From NCBI GenBank assembly GCA_964234715.1, contig OZ174279.1: a DNA stretch of 64,000 nucleotides; one strand, 5' to 3'. The notes below the pieces were generated by a model, which saw only the letters and a program-made list of their open reading frames with translations, ran no database searches and was not told the DNA's origin. This stretch comes from Podarcis melisellensis (lineage: Eukaryota). A program made the translations under genes and the position numbers. Positions 25,351 through 38,823 of this stretch are shown here, piece after piece (within the stretch, counting starts at the first letter, position 1; each line of letters begins with the position of its first letter).

Positions 25351-26574
25351 AACATTCAAATGTAGCGCAGGAAGCCCTGGAGCCTTGGCACCGGCACAGA
25401 GTTTTCTGGAACAGCTTTGTTCTTGAGCTTCAGCACGTTTGATAGTTGCCAAACCATTGCAAAGTGCAGGATATTTTACTGGGTGAAGACTTTTAACAGC
25501 CCAGTTATGACCAGGAGGCTGCTGCTCTTCTTGATGACAACATGTCTTGATACACACCAGACTAAAGGGGGGGGGGATAAATTATCCTTCCAAGTGTTAT
25601 AAATAAACCTTACGATGGAATTTATTTCGCAACACCAGTAGTCCGGCCTCTATTTCACGGGATTCAGCCTACGGCAGCAGCAAAACAAAGTAGTAGGAAA
25701 ACAAGAGCTCTCAGCCTGTCCAAATATTTCCAGAGCAGCGCTTATGCAATCTGCAGAACATTAAGTACTCAAGAATTGTGCTCTGTTGATAGGTGAAAGA
25801 ACACGTTTGAAAAGCGACTCCATTTGCCAACCAGCTTTCAACAAATATGTACACAAGCTGTGCCTGCAGACTCTTCCTTGCAAGTCGCCACCGCCTCCTC
25901 CGCCTCCGCTGGCTGGAAATATTTCATAATGGATTATCCTTTTTACATCCAAGTTAGTCAATGAGAAACAAGCAACAGAAAAGATAGCACTTTTCAGGCA
26001 GGCTGAAATTTCTATTTCCATTTTATTTAGTTTTTTAAGTAGGTGCTGGGTTTTACCAAGACATTGCACACAGCAGCCCCCTAGATCTGAAACCTGTGGG
26101 TGCTGGTTACTGAAACAGCGTCTGCTCGTGTTCAGAGGCTGGGAGAGGCAGCTGCAGGAACCAAGCACGGGAAGGGTTTTACACACCCTTCCATGCCCCT
26201 TTGCTGCAAATCACACTTTCTTCCTGCGGCTTTCCAAGTGATCATCCTTCAAATCTCAGGGCTGTCAACAGATTCCGGAGCTGAGCACTGGCATAAATTA
26301 AGCTCTGGGTTTAGGTTTCATAAAAATCTAAGGATGGATTCTGAGGACTTCAATGGACCCATTCACACACAACCTCCTGTGATAGAGCCAGTTGTCTTTG
26401 GTACAATCAATATTACACACACACACACACTGCACAATCAAGTGGGTGCCTTATGTCCAATCCTCATCCCACTAGAACAGAAGATTGTGACTGAGTAGGG
26501 GTTGCCTATTATAACAGATACACCTGTGCCTGAGAGGTCTGGCCTAACTATGGTAACAGAGGAGAAAGGATCAC

Positions 26575-26707
26575 AATACCTCAAGGACTGCCTCTACCCA
26601 TATGAACCGACTTGGACCATCATTTGAGGCCGTTTTTCGTGTGCCTCCTTCATTAGAGGTTCAGAGGATGGCAACACAGGAGCGAGTCTTTTCTGCAGTG
26701 CACCTCC
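26575..26707 (+). mobile_element. L2 fragment
   Basis: caatacctcaaggactgcctctacccatatgaacc...gtcttttctgcagtg, from the L2 ORF2 C-terminal region. Confidence 0.55.
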
Positions 26708-27229
26708 AGGTAAGTTCAGGAAATAACACTGAACTAGACAGATACTGAATCAACTCGATTGTCTGTCTTGGTAGAAGGAAGCTTTCTATGTTCCATTTGG
26801 AACTGACTCTAGGGTTGCTGGAGGTGTTTCTCAAGTAGGACATTAATATGTCTGAACCAGAAAGGTCTATGGGCATGCAGGACAAAATTATCTATCCCTC
26901 CTGTAAGTGACCACCCAAGAAAGCATACAAGATTCCAACTAGATAAATATAACCAGGTCCCTTTCATAGGAAAGCCTGTATAGTTTCAGAGGAGGCTTGG
27001 TCATGTGATGCCTTTGAATTCTTATCAAAATCCAAGGTTGTGCTTTGCATTTATTTAGGGTGTTTATATCCTGCCTTTCTTCCAATATGATACTCAAGGC
27101 CACATGTACTGGATCCCCAGGCAGTCCCTCTTCCAGACATAGTCCAGATCCATACACTGGTGCCCTTTGGAGATCAAGCACCATTTCAGGCAAAATTACC
27201 TTTGTGGAGAATACAGTTTTCCTGCCCTT

Positions 27230-27583
27230 AGGTAAAGGTAAAGGGACCCCTGACCATTAGGTCCAGTCGTGACCGACTCTAGGGTTGTGGCGCTCATCTC
27301 ATTTTATTGGCCGAGGGAGTTGGCTTACAGCTTCCGGGTCATGTGGCCAGCATGACTAAGCTGCTTCTGGCAAACCAGAGCAGCGCATGGAAATGCCATT
27401 TACCTTCCCGCCGGAGTGGTACCTATTTATCTACTTGCACTTTGACATGCTTTTGAACTGCTAGGTTGGCAGAAGCTGGGACCGAGCAACAGGAGCTCAC
27501 CCCGTTGCGGGGATTCAAACCACCGACCTTCTGATCAGCAAGTCCTAGGCTCTGGGGTTTAACCCACAGCACCACCCGCGTCC
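27230..27583 (-). mobile_element. Sauria SINE (Squam1), full length
   Basis: On the minus strand: tRNA-like head GGACGCGGGTGGTGCTGTGGGTTAAACC and (ACCTTT)n tail. Confidence 0.92.
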
Positions 27584-30500
27584 TTTATGTGCTTCTTAAG
27601 GGGGTTTACCCTATTTTGTCTATGGCTTGAACAAAGTCAACTGTCCTTTCCTCCATGCTGGAAAATTTCAAATCCAATACATCAAACAGGTGAAGGGGGC
27701 AGGGTGAGTGAAACCCAGCCTATGTATGCAAGGAAGTCCACACACAAAAGAAACATTTAAGCTCTTAAAGGCTGTGTCAAAGCTTTACAAACCTTGCATT
27801 ACTCTAGCAAATCTTTAAACAGCCAGGAATGGTGACAGTGAGTAAACAAAGGATTTTTCTAGTAATTCATTAGCAGGGTTATGTGCCTGAGGGACAGATT
27901 ACCAACACAATTTACCTCAAACAATCTCCTGCCAGGCTTCAACCAAGAGTGGGAAAGAAAGAAAAAAACCCCCACATTTTACAAATGCTACAAACCAGAG
28001 CATACCTTCAAGTGATGTGAAATTGGTTACTGGACCAATTTTGAGTTCTGATCGGAGTATGTAAACTTTCAAGTTAGCACAGAGTTCTGTCTCAAAAAGA
28101 ATGAAAAGTGCTATGTAGCATAAAAACATGCACATTCCTAACAAAATGGATTGGCTCTTCAATGGCTGGCCCTTTAACTCTTCTAAGGATAGCCACATTA
28201 GTCTGCTGCAGCAAGAACTACCAGGTCTTGTTGCACTTCAAAGATTTACAGATTTCTTGTGGTAGATTTATTCCCTACTTGGATTGGAGTCCACTTTGCC
28301 TGATGCATGAAGTAGTCCCCTCAGTTGGCTGACAAAAAGAAACAGTTTGTAAATAGTGGGATCCAAAGACCATGAAATGCAAGAGTTATAAAAGTTCAAT
28401 TGTTTGTGTATTTTTTTTTAACAAAACATTTTTGATGAAGCTGGCTCTGGTCTATGGAAGCTTATGCCATAATGAATATATTGGTCCTTATAACAAGCCA
28501 TTGTAATGGCGTAACACTAAAAGTTTTGATTGTAGGTTTGTGTGGGTTTTATATTTTTAAACTGTTATATGTTGCCTCAGCAGAAACACAACATATTTAT
28601 TGTATTACGTTAATATGAGGACATCACCTTATCCATTTTTGATCTTCTCCTTTCTGGGATCAATATGCTACTACATTGCACACAGTTCATGCTTAGGAGC
28701 ATGAATGCTCTCTTAAACATATATACAAATGCAACATCTGCACACAGAATAAATGATGCAAATAAATGTATATATAGTTAGCTACTTTGAAAACTATAGG
28801 TTAAAATTAGTTATGAAGATATCTGAGGAAATAAAAAGGTCTGGGCAAGAGCTGCAGCATCAGAAAGCAAGAAAGGAGAGGGAAGGCTACAGAGCTTATG
28901 TTTCAGTGAACAGTAAGGACAAAAGGGAGTATTAGTCATGAGATAAGCATGACCACTAGAATCCCTAAGTAGCCTCCTTCTGGCCTTAAGCTAGACTAGT
29001 TTGGCCCTCACCCTGCATGGATAAACATACCTTTCTTATCCCTGTCAACGCTGTCTTTAATATTGTACAAAAAACATTTTTTTGTGATGTGTTTTAAAAC
29101 CAACCCTTTAAAAATAGAAGACATTAAAAGACAAGGAAAGCTTGGACCAATTTAAAAGCTAAATAAAAATGATGTGTTGGCTTTTCTAAACTTGTACTGA
29201 AACCAAGCATTTAATCAATATTATGGATTAGCCATTGGCCTCAACTCGTAGTATTTCTGCAATCGTGTTTAATGCCTATTATCACGCTCTTTATCAGGAC
29301 ATTGATCTGCTAGCTTTCAAAAATGTTCTACCATATTCCAGATTATTTTTGGGCATGAGTGTGTGTGCGCGCATGCCCCTTCCTCCCACTGCAGCATCCA
29401 GACTTGGTCCAGAGAAGAACGGTGACAGCCATCACCACTGGCAAGCAAAACAAAGCTTATGGCAAGAGCCATTATTCCTGGGTTATTATTATGGAAGGAA
29501 GAATGCATACGAAACCTAATCCACCGCACACAATGGCAAAGGTTTGCATGAAACTCTTTCAAAGCACTCTTAGATAAAGAGACCTCACCCTGAAAAATGT
29601 ATCTGAAACACATATGCAAGGCTTTCTTAACTATACATTCATTTCCTCCCTCTCTAAAAACAGATATTTCTGAAAATAACCAAGAACCCATCCAGGTACT
29701 ATTTTGATCCAAGGATTCTACCAAGAGCAAGATTGTGAAATTCTAACCTTTGATAAGCAGGAAATTACGAGAAGTGCTCAAAAACTATTTAGTGAGTGGG
29801 ATCCCTGCTTCATGAGAGTTCTCCTGCTTCATATGATACATTCTACTCATGCAGTAAGCAGAGGAAGGTGGGAGAGGCGAGTCTGAGGCTGTTCCCAACC
29901 GTTCCCAACCTCCCAACAGAATCTCAGAGGGAAATATGTGACTGAAGAAGCCCAGAGTCCACCTACAGATGAAAGATGTGCCAGCATGAGCTTTTCAGGC
30001 AGGACACTATGTTATCAGATGCATAATGGGTTAAGCTAAGGTCTTCTAGTGCCAAAGAGAGATTGGATTCAGTGGTAGGAAAGTATCTCAAAGTTGGGGA
30101 ACCACAACTGTGAAGACCGTATCCTGAACCACCATCTCATTTCTGAGGCACTCTCAGGTGGTTGCTTCCTGATGTTCTAATAATTCAAGGAGTTCTTAAA
30201 TATGGCCTCCACATCAATCTTATCCATTCCTACTAAATTTAAATCATGGCACATAGATAAACATTTAGCCATTGTTCCACTCCAAGAGAAGAGATTTCCA
30301 AACTCTTGTGTAGGCAACTGAGGTACCCATTTCTTGGAATCTGTAAGCACTCCATCACTGTGAGGGTCTTTGTGGCTAGCTGGTGCCAACTTCATTATGG
30401 AAGACACTAATGAGTATTCATTGCAGCCAACATGCAACGCTCTCAAGCTTAGGGATTGAACACATGCTCTACATTCAGAAGGTCCTACAACTGCTTCAGT

Positions 30501-30589
30501 CTTCAGCAATTCCAGTTCAACTATTGAGCTATTGGGATCCTGGAGAGCAGCCGTCAGTCATACTGAACTGCTAAGGGTGAAACTTATTA

Positions 30590-30805
30590 CAGTGGTACCT
30601 CGGGTTAAGAACTTAATTCATTCTGGAGGTCCGTTCTTAACCTGAAACTGTTCTTAACCTGAAGCACCACTTTAGCTAATGGGGCCTCCTGCTGCCACTG
30701 CTGCATGATTTCTGTTCTCATCCTGAAACAAAGTTCTTAACCTGAGGTACTATTTCTGGGTTAGCTGAGTCTAACCTGAAGCGTCTGTAACCCGAGGTAC
30801 CACTG
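30590..30805. mobile_element. Tc1/mariner-superfamily MITE family A
   Basis: TIR cagtggtacctcgggtta / taacccgaggtaccactg, TA flanks. Confidence 0.9.
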
Positions 30806-33800
30806 TATTAGGCAGTTTCACATGTCATACAGATACCATGCCAACTATAAAATGCCCCACTGTCTGCCATGGGGGTTTAGGCCTGTGAAGAACTGGCAGA
30901 AGCCCTTGTTTTTCCAAATGTTTTCTTGTGTCCTGTGGCTGCTGTCATTCAGAAACATGTACACTGCTTTCAGGTAATATACAGACAGTCCTTGTCTCTT
31001 AAGTGTAAGATCTTAAAGACATGAGGGAAATAGGCATGAGGAAGCTGACTTTCAAAAGTGTAAATGAAGTGTATTAGGAACTGTACTGAGGGTTAGCAGC
31101 ATGCACTTCCATTCATTGAAGGCTTTCAGACACAGTTCATTCACACATGGATTTTCATCATTAAGTGAACACCTGCATGTATGAAGAGGTCAGGAATCTT
31201 TTTCTATGGGATCAGTTCACACATTCTACTACTGGACATCAAATGTACAGTAATCAAGTGGCGAAAAACCAAGGGATGCATGTGTGAATGTGAACGTAGC
31301 TTTTGTAAACAGGGGAGCACCGGTAGAATGAAAGATAGGCATCAGTATCTTTATGACAGCAGTAGCTCCTAAAACCCTGAGCTGCTTGAGGACTTGGGCT
31401 TTCTTTGTTCCTGGGAATTTAATACTTTAAATAGCTACAGGCAACTTGGCATTTGGAGGTGGGGGTAAGAAAAAGGGGACCCCACTCATTGCCACAACTT
31501 GCACCATACTGCCAAATCATGATTGGATATATTTCTACAGTTCACAGACGTGCATTAACTTTATCCCTACAGGGCTTTAAAGGACCTTGCATACCAAGGG
31601 ATTGTTATGAGCAAATTAATAGTTAAGAGTCATGCATTTAAAAGCCTTGTTTTAAATCAAGTCATAAGTAAATTTTAAATGTCTCTATTCCAGACTGGCA
31701 TTAAAGCATGACAATTCAGTAATAACTCAGTAATTATTTCAGAGTTCCACAAAGAATATAATTTGCCTCTCATAAGAGGGTACAAGTTCCAATTGGCTGG
31801 ACTGTATGGTGTACTCCCCACCCCAAGGCCGCCCAATTATTTCCATAGCAAACCATTAATATCAGAGACTGCTGAGGGAATTACCACAGCCCTCAGAGAC
31901 TCTGCATTCTGCCCAGTTTAATGCTGCAACTGATGTTCGGAGGGATCACATGAAGGGGACTGGTTCATTTTAAAGGCTTGGGGGAGTTAATGACCTTCTG
32001 GAATAAGGACTCACTCAATGCTTCACGGTGGACTTCTCCACTGTCAAATGCTGCCTGAGTATACGACGCAATACCACACTGCCCACAGTCCAAGAAATAA
32101 AAAAAGGAGAAGCTTAGACATTACTGTGTTCACATACAATAATCAGGCCACCAGGACTTGCTCCCCCTGAAGCCAAATGCAGCCCATCACCATGGAATGT
32201 GGCCCACCAGCAGCTCTCAAAATCTCCTGCTTTTGATGGCTGCAAAGGACTGCTCACCAGGCACCATCCTTGTGATTTCAGCTTGCTGGTTTATAAGTTG
32301 TGCAGGCTTCCTGTCATGAGTCCTGTGGAGTAGCTTTAGAAACTCAGATATATATGCTAGGCACCAAATTGTTCCTTAAACAAAGGTGACAGTTGCCAAA
32401 ACGGAATGTCTAATTTGGGGGCAAGACGGCTCTAAAGTCTTATTTTTCAAATGATGGACTGACTGATTCTCAGTTAAACATCTGGCTAGTTCAGATGACA
32501 ACCATGAGCTAGGTTAAGAACATTGAGAACTTAAAGAAGAAATGTTCCTTGATCCAGGGACAGTCCACATATATACTGGCCTATTCAGACCTCTTTTTCT
32601 TAATGGTGACTGCTCCTGCTCAGGCTACACAGAAAAGACAATTTGGTTCCAGAGATAACTGATAGAATTCTACAGGATGGGGCATCAGTGTGTGAAAACA
32701 GCTCAGTTTCAGTGATCCCCAGAGGGTGGAGAAGTCAGGTGCCATCCTGGCACCCAGGGATCTTCACTTGGTCGCAAATGGCCAAAAGCCAGTGCCTGGC
32801 TAATTTTGAACACTGTCATGGAGATGTCATGGAAGAAATGGCCCAATCCACAGGAAGCATGGGAAGAGTGTGTCAGAGCTTGATGAGCCCAGGTGGTGAA
32901 GTTGGGAACTCTGACAGAGATGTCAGAACCAGAGGGAGGCCACAAAGAAAGGGTCTGTTTCAAATGCTTAAGTTTTAGAAAAATACAACGTAGTTTTGTA
33001 ATGTGTAGCCACTAAACCCATTTTTTAAAAATTGTAACGTGTGAAGCAGCCTGGCCGCTTTTGAGTGTTTCATCATACAAAGAGCAGTAGGTTTGCTTGT
33101 GGAGCTGGGGTAGCCTAATAGCATTACAAACTGCCCTTGCCAGTAGGATCAAGTTAAGGCTGCACCAAGGGCCCAAAAGGTTTTAATAAATGGTAGGAAA
33201 CATTTCAGGGAAACACAATGCAGCTAAAATGCAGGGCATATTTTCCTCTCCACTACTATACAGTAGTTTCAAGAGAATTTTGCCTTATGCCAGGGTGTGA
33301 GTGACACACACAAAATAACGAAACTATCATTTACCGTACATCTCCAGATGCAGAGATAAATCTGGAATGCATTCTGGGTAATGTAGGCCAACTTCCACAG
33401 CATTACCTAGCAGTGTAGAAAAGAAATTGCAGCCAGACAAGGAAAAACAAAGAAACCATGGCACCTTTCCAGTACCCAGCCATCAGTCCTTGTAAGGCAG
33501 AGTGTGGATAATGCAAAACAAAAGTCATTATATTTCTAGAGCTAGAGAGTTGCTCTACTTTGATTACTATGGGCTGGTTTGCATGTCACAGTAAGTAAAA
33601 GATAAAATATGGCTTACTGGGAATGAGCAGAATGATGGTGCACACCACTTAACATCATTCCCGCTTCACTCCAGCCTACCTGAAGGTGGGAGAAGCAAAC
33701 CACAATGCTCCGCACTGCCAAGGCAGAGGGTAGGTTTGCATGGCTACACCATTTGGGCCTTCGCGTGTTGAACGCAGTCCACCACCTAGCATGCGGTTGA

Positions 33801-34334
33801 AGCTAGAGAGATATATTACCTCCCAGCTTGGCCCCCACAGCTGGCTAATGGTTTGAGAAGCTTAGGGACTGATTGATAAAGAGCCATCCTCCATTCTCCT
33901 CCAGATGGACAAGGGGGATCACGCCCTACACACAGAGGCACATAAGACATGGATACGTTGGATTTAAGAACCATTCACACACAAGAGAAAGAATATTTGC
34001 ATATACGCAGGGCTATCTGAAGAGGTGTGCATTCTGAAAACAAAGCCGGTCAAAAGCTTCCTCTCTCCTTTCCACACAAATGGCACACCTCCCTGAGCAA
34101 GACACATGTTGCTTCCAAAAGACACCATCACTTCTTTCCAGTGCCGATGGCAAACTGCTGGTCCACTCCAAGCCGCAAGTGCCTCAGATGAATGTAGCCT
34201 GCATTTTGCTTACTGCTAATAATGCTGCTTCACTTCATTAAAAGCTGCTTATAATTTTATGCACTCTTGTTTGATTAATTAACCTCTGGTTAAAATGAAT
34301 GAGCTCTTGATTTAGGGATGCTACTAATGTGACG

Positions 34335-34377
34335 CTGGTGAGCCATGGATCACACACTGGTGAGCCATGGATCACAC
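34335..34377. repeat. 22-bp tandem duplication
   Basis: ctggtgagccatggatcacac occurs twice. Confidence 0.9.
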
Positions 34378-36169
34378 GCTTCCAATCATCCCTTTTTATT
34401 ATTACCAATGTGGTGTTCAAGCTTCCACCATCCAGCTTCCCCCTCTTTCTTCTCAAACCAAGCGACGGCGGCATGCAAATGCTATTAGGGCGATGAGGGG
34501 GAAGATGCCATAATCCACAGCTGACCTAAAAATGTACAAGCCCTTTGCAGTCAAGAGTCTGTGCCATCAGTGCATTAACACAGATCACAAGCGCAATGTG
34601 GGAGAGGCGGGGGGAGGCAGAGAGAAGAAAGGGACCCAATGTGTGCAGAGCTGAATGATTTGCATGTCTGAACTCCGAAGCCTGGGATTTGTTTTCAAAA
34701 TAGGAAAAGCAACAGAAGTGAAAAGGAGGCATATTTCTATAAAAAGAGAATATCCATTATATGTGCTGTCCATAAAAACAGAGGCCCCCATTTTGCTTAC
34801 GTTGGGGATCAGCAACTGGGGGCGCCAGGGCCCAATCAGGCCCCTTGAGTCCCAGCACTCTATGCCCTATTTGCCAGACTAGTGGGAGTGATGGCTGTGA
34901 CAATGGGACTTGCAAGCAGTCTATTTTGGGAAATGTTGGGAGGGGGAGTGCTATGCTTGACTTCCTCAAAGTGACCTTGCTGGTGGAGGGGAGGGAACTA
35001 GTTGTTAAGGGGGAGTCTACAGCCTACTTTTCTGGCTATGCTATTCTTCTTCCAACCTGCAGAGGAAGATTGGGGTGGCAAAAACTAGCATAAAGTGTCA
35101 GTAAATGATGACTCCCAAGGTGTAAGTGAGCATGTGCTACCTCACATGGTAGAACATGTTTACTGTTTATATGCCATGGGTGTTAAGTCTGGGTGCCTTT
35201 CTAGAAAATCTGTAAGCACCTTAATTCTTCTCTGAAAAGTGGGAAATTAAGAAATCTGGAACTTTAAATTGTTGATACATATAATATAGGGCAATTATGT
35301 TTTTTGTGAGCACTAAAGAAACATTCTCAGCTTTTTGATCAGTGCAGCAGGCTGGGGAAACTTAAAACAAAATATAATGGTGATGCTTTGCAGGGCAAGG
35401 GGTACTCAGGCAATGGAGTGATAATGCAGGTGTCAAGAAGAACATAAGGGTGGCAAGTTCATTTAGGCAGAGTCTCCACACTTCAATGTTACATCAATTT
35501 AAGCACACCCTCCAATATTTTACAAAGAAAACAGTGTAAAAAATTGAGAGAGATACATCAGATAACTTCAATTGAAGAGAGTCTGCATATTTTACTACCG
35601 CAGACAGTTGTGTGACAAATCCATAGCAGCAAAGCTTAATGACTGCTTGCTTCTTCCTACTTTATATGAGAGGCATATGGTCCAGCCTACTAGCCAAAAA
35701 GTAAGGAATTCAAATATTTCCATGGCAGTCAAATTCATGGAGCAATAAAGGTTCATATCATTTTAAGCTATGGAATATCTGTTCATTGCTGAAAATAGTG
35801 AGTGACTCATCAGAATCTGATCCTAAGCATGAATGAAAACCTATCTTTCAAATTCTCTCCAAGAATGTAATTTCCTAACCTTCTAGCAAACATCCAGTCT
35901 CCTCCACAAATCCTGGGGACAGTTGCACCAATTACAGTATCACCATCAATTCTAAAGTGCCCATAATAAATAGATATGTGCTGTATATTTGAAAAACAAA
36001 ACTCAAAGTAATTGATTTCTGTTTAGCATACTGACAATGCTTATGTTTTCCTTAAGTATTTTGCCAGTTACAGGTTAAGGGTACTTGTAATATACACTCT
36101 ATTAAAGCCAAGAGGTGATTTGACTTGAACTCCTATCTAAACAGTGTACGTATGGGTGTGTGATATATA

Positions 36170-36785
36170 CCGTATTTTTCGCCCTATAGGGTGCACCGGC
36201 CCATAGGGCGCACCTAGGGTTTTTTTTGGGGGGGGGGAATAATGGAAAAAAATTATCCCCCCCCCAGGCGTGGGGCTGGGGCAGGGAAAGCCCGAGCTTT
36301 CCCCAACCCCAGCCCCCAGAACAGGCTGCTATCCGCAAGCCTTGGGAGCCCCGCAGGAAGTTCCCGCCGGGCTCCCCAGGCTTGCAGGTATCTGCCCGAA
36401 GCCTGGGGCACACTCCTCAGCCCGCCCCAGGCTTTGGGATGCAGGCTGCTATCTGCAAGCCTGGGAAGCCCAGCGGGAACTCTCGCCGGGCTCCCAAGGC
36501 TTGCGGAGAGCTGCCCAAAGCCTGGGGTGTGCTCCGCTGCGCTCCCCGGGTTTCGGGCTGCAGGCTGCTGTCTGCAAACCTTGGGAGCCCGGCAGGAACT
36601 CCCGCAGGCTCCCAAGGCTTGCGGATAGCTTCCTGAAGCCTGGAGAGCGAGAGGGGTCGGTGCGCACCGACCCCTCTTGCTCTCTAGGCTTTAGCAAAAG
36701 CCTGCATTCACCCCATAGGACGCACACACATTTCCCCTTCATTTGTGGAGAGGAAAAAGTGCGTCCTATAGGGCGAAAAATATGG
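36170..36785. mobile_element. Tc1/mariner-superfamily (Tc2-like ends) non-autonomous element with three ~120-bp hairpin units
   Basis: TIR ccgtatttttcgccctatagg / cctatagggcgaaaaatatgg, TA flanks; units start at about 36322, 36442 and 36561. Confidence 0.85.
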
Positions 36786-38687
36786 TATATCTATATAGAC
36801 AGCAGATGACTGTTTTTTTTCTAGGCTACCCCAGCAGTGGTCAGCATTGCACCTTCCCAACATGACACAAGGGAGAATTGGTCGCTGGGACCCCTCATAG
36901 ACAAAGAAAGGAAGACAGAATTCTATGCTTCAAGGTATTGTGGCTTCAAAAGTCTCCTATATCTCTTTTCCCCGACACTACAATGTGCAAAAAGTGTGGC
37001 AAACATGCTGAATGGGTATTGCACACAGGTGTGCTATCCCTGGCATGAGTGAAACAATCAAACAGCTGGGATATCTGTTTTCCACAATGGAGACCAAGGG
37101 TGGGGATGCACTCTCACTGGTATGTAAGCAAACTGTGGCTGAATGCCAGGCACCCTGTCCCAACCACTGCTTCAACTTGCCATACCCTTACATGTACTTT
37201 CACTTGGAGAAGAACAGCTTGGCCTCAGATCTGCGTGTCAAAAGAGGTCATGCAGGTGTTGTGCTTTGCTTTCAGTCACTGAGTTCATGCTGCCTGTGCC
37301 ATGGCAGTTTCTGTTATGCAGGGCACTGCGATTTTGCTGTGCCTAGTGGGATATGTGTTACGTGTGAAATGGGACTGGGATAAATCCTATCCCTGTGAGT
37401 ATATTGGCTCCTACATTAGCTGCCTCATACAGGGCCAACATTGTCATGCCAGCCCATGACTGGGGGGCACCAGGAATGTTGCCATGGAGGCAGCAGTTGT
37501 TTCAGCCTGCTGCTGTTCCAGCAGTGTTGCCACAGGGTGTGGCCTTTGTTGTTTGAGTCTGTGCTTTTTGTAGCAGCAGTTTTCTCTCGGCTTTTGCGGT
37601 GAGCATGTGTAGGATGATGACTAGGTTACGCCAGTGTTGCATCAGTGTAAGGACAACAGTGTTGTTTTGGCATGGCTGCAGACTTAACACTTTCTAAGGT
37701 AATATGCTCTACAATGGGACATTCTGATGAGACACGCATGGTACTGCACTTGAAAGTCTTTATAGTGCAGTATCACACTTGTCTCAGAAGACTTTATATA
37801 GTGCAGTACCATGGGAATATTCCCAAGCAGATGCAACCTTATCCTGTTCCTCTAGAGACAGCCTAGGCCAGCTTCTCCCAAACAGCAAGTTAGACAATTT
37901 TAAGGCCACAACAAGTGTTAGCAGTGGCCCCTTCTTAACTGTGGTTACAGGATACATTGGTATCAACATTAGCTCCTGGGATAACCAGGAGTCCCATTGA
38001 ACTAGGATTCAAAACTAGTATTAAACCATGCCTTTGAATCCTACTTAAATGGAAGCCCAATCTGGTCTTAGCCTTGGCAAATATAAATACTGATGTGTCC
38101 TTTACTTGTGTTTGCGAGGGAAGGGGAAGAAAGAGAAGGAGCTCATACTCCTGCGGCTCATTCCCAACCTCATAGCTGCAGTTAAAAAGAAACTAGCATT
38201 GGCTCTGCACCAGCACATCTATGAATCCAGAAAAAAACATCAGAAGCTCTCACTATCAGTTGCATTTGTATCCCACCCATCTTTCCTAACAGTTTATCCC
38301 AACATACCGCAAGTTATAAAAATATTTCACGCAGACATTTTTTCTGATCATTGTTTCCCCATTTGTTGTTTCACTGTATATCTTTGGAGTTTTTAATGTG
38401 ATGTACACACAGAGATACTTACATGAAAGGTGGTATATATTTCTAGTGAAGAGATAATGCTTAAGGTATACGGGTAAATGCTTTTCAATGTTAAAAAAAC
38501 TTCACATACAGTATTGCGTTGTAATCCTTCGCATAACGCTGTAAGGTAGGTAAAGTTTGTTACTGTCATATTTCAGACAGGAAGTGGAGACGGGAGGCGG
38601 CTGTCTTCCATGGCAGAGGAATATGTGAACTTCCCGATTCAGTTTTGTTTCTTAGACCAGAGGTACCCAATCTATGGTCATCTAGAT

Positions 38688-38823
38688 CAGGCTTCCTCAA
38701 ACTCGGCCCTCCAGATATTTTTGGGCTACAACTCCCATGATCCCTACCTAGCAGGACCAGTGGTCAGGGGTGATGGCAATTGTAGTTTCAAAACATTTGG
38801 AGGGCCAAGTTTGAGGAAGCCTG
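38688..38823. mobile_element. Palindromic hAT MITE nested in an older related MITE (38658-38928)
   Basis: TIR caggcttcctcaaact / agtttgaggaagcctg; 8-bp TSD atctagat on both sides. Confidence 0.9.

Noticed and set aside
36102-36809. Multiple 97-179 aa ORFs
   Set aside because: Arise from GC-rich hairpin repeats inside a non-autonomous transposon.
37724-37760. CTGATGA...GAAAGTC hammerhead-like spacing
   Set aside because: No convincing stem II adjacent to the core; likely chance.
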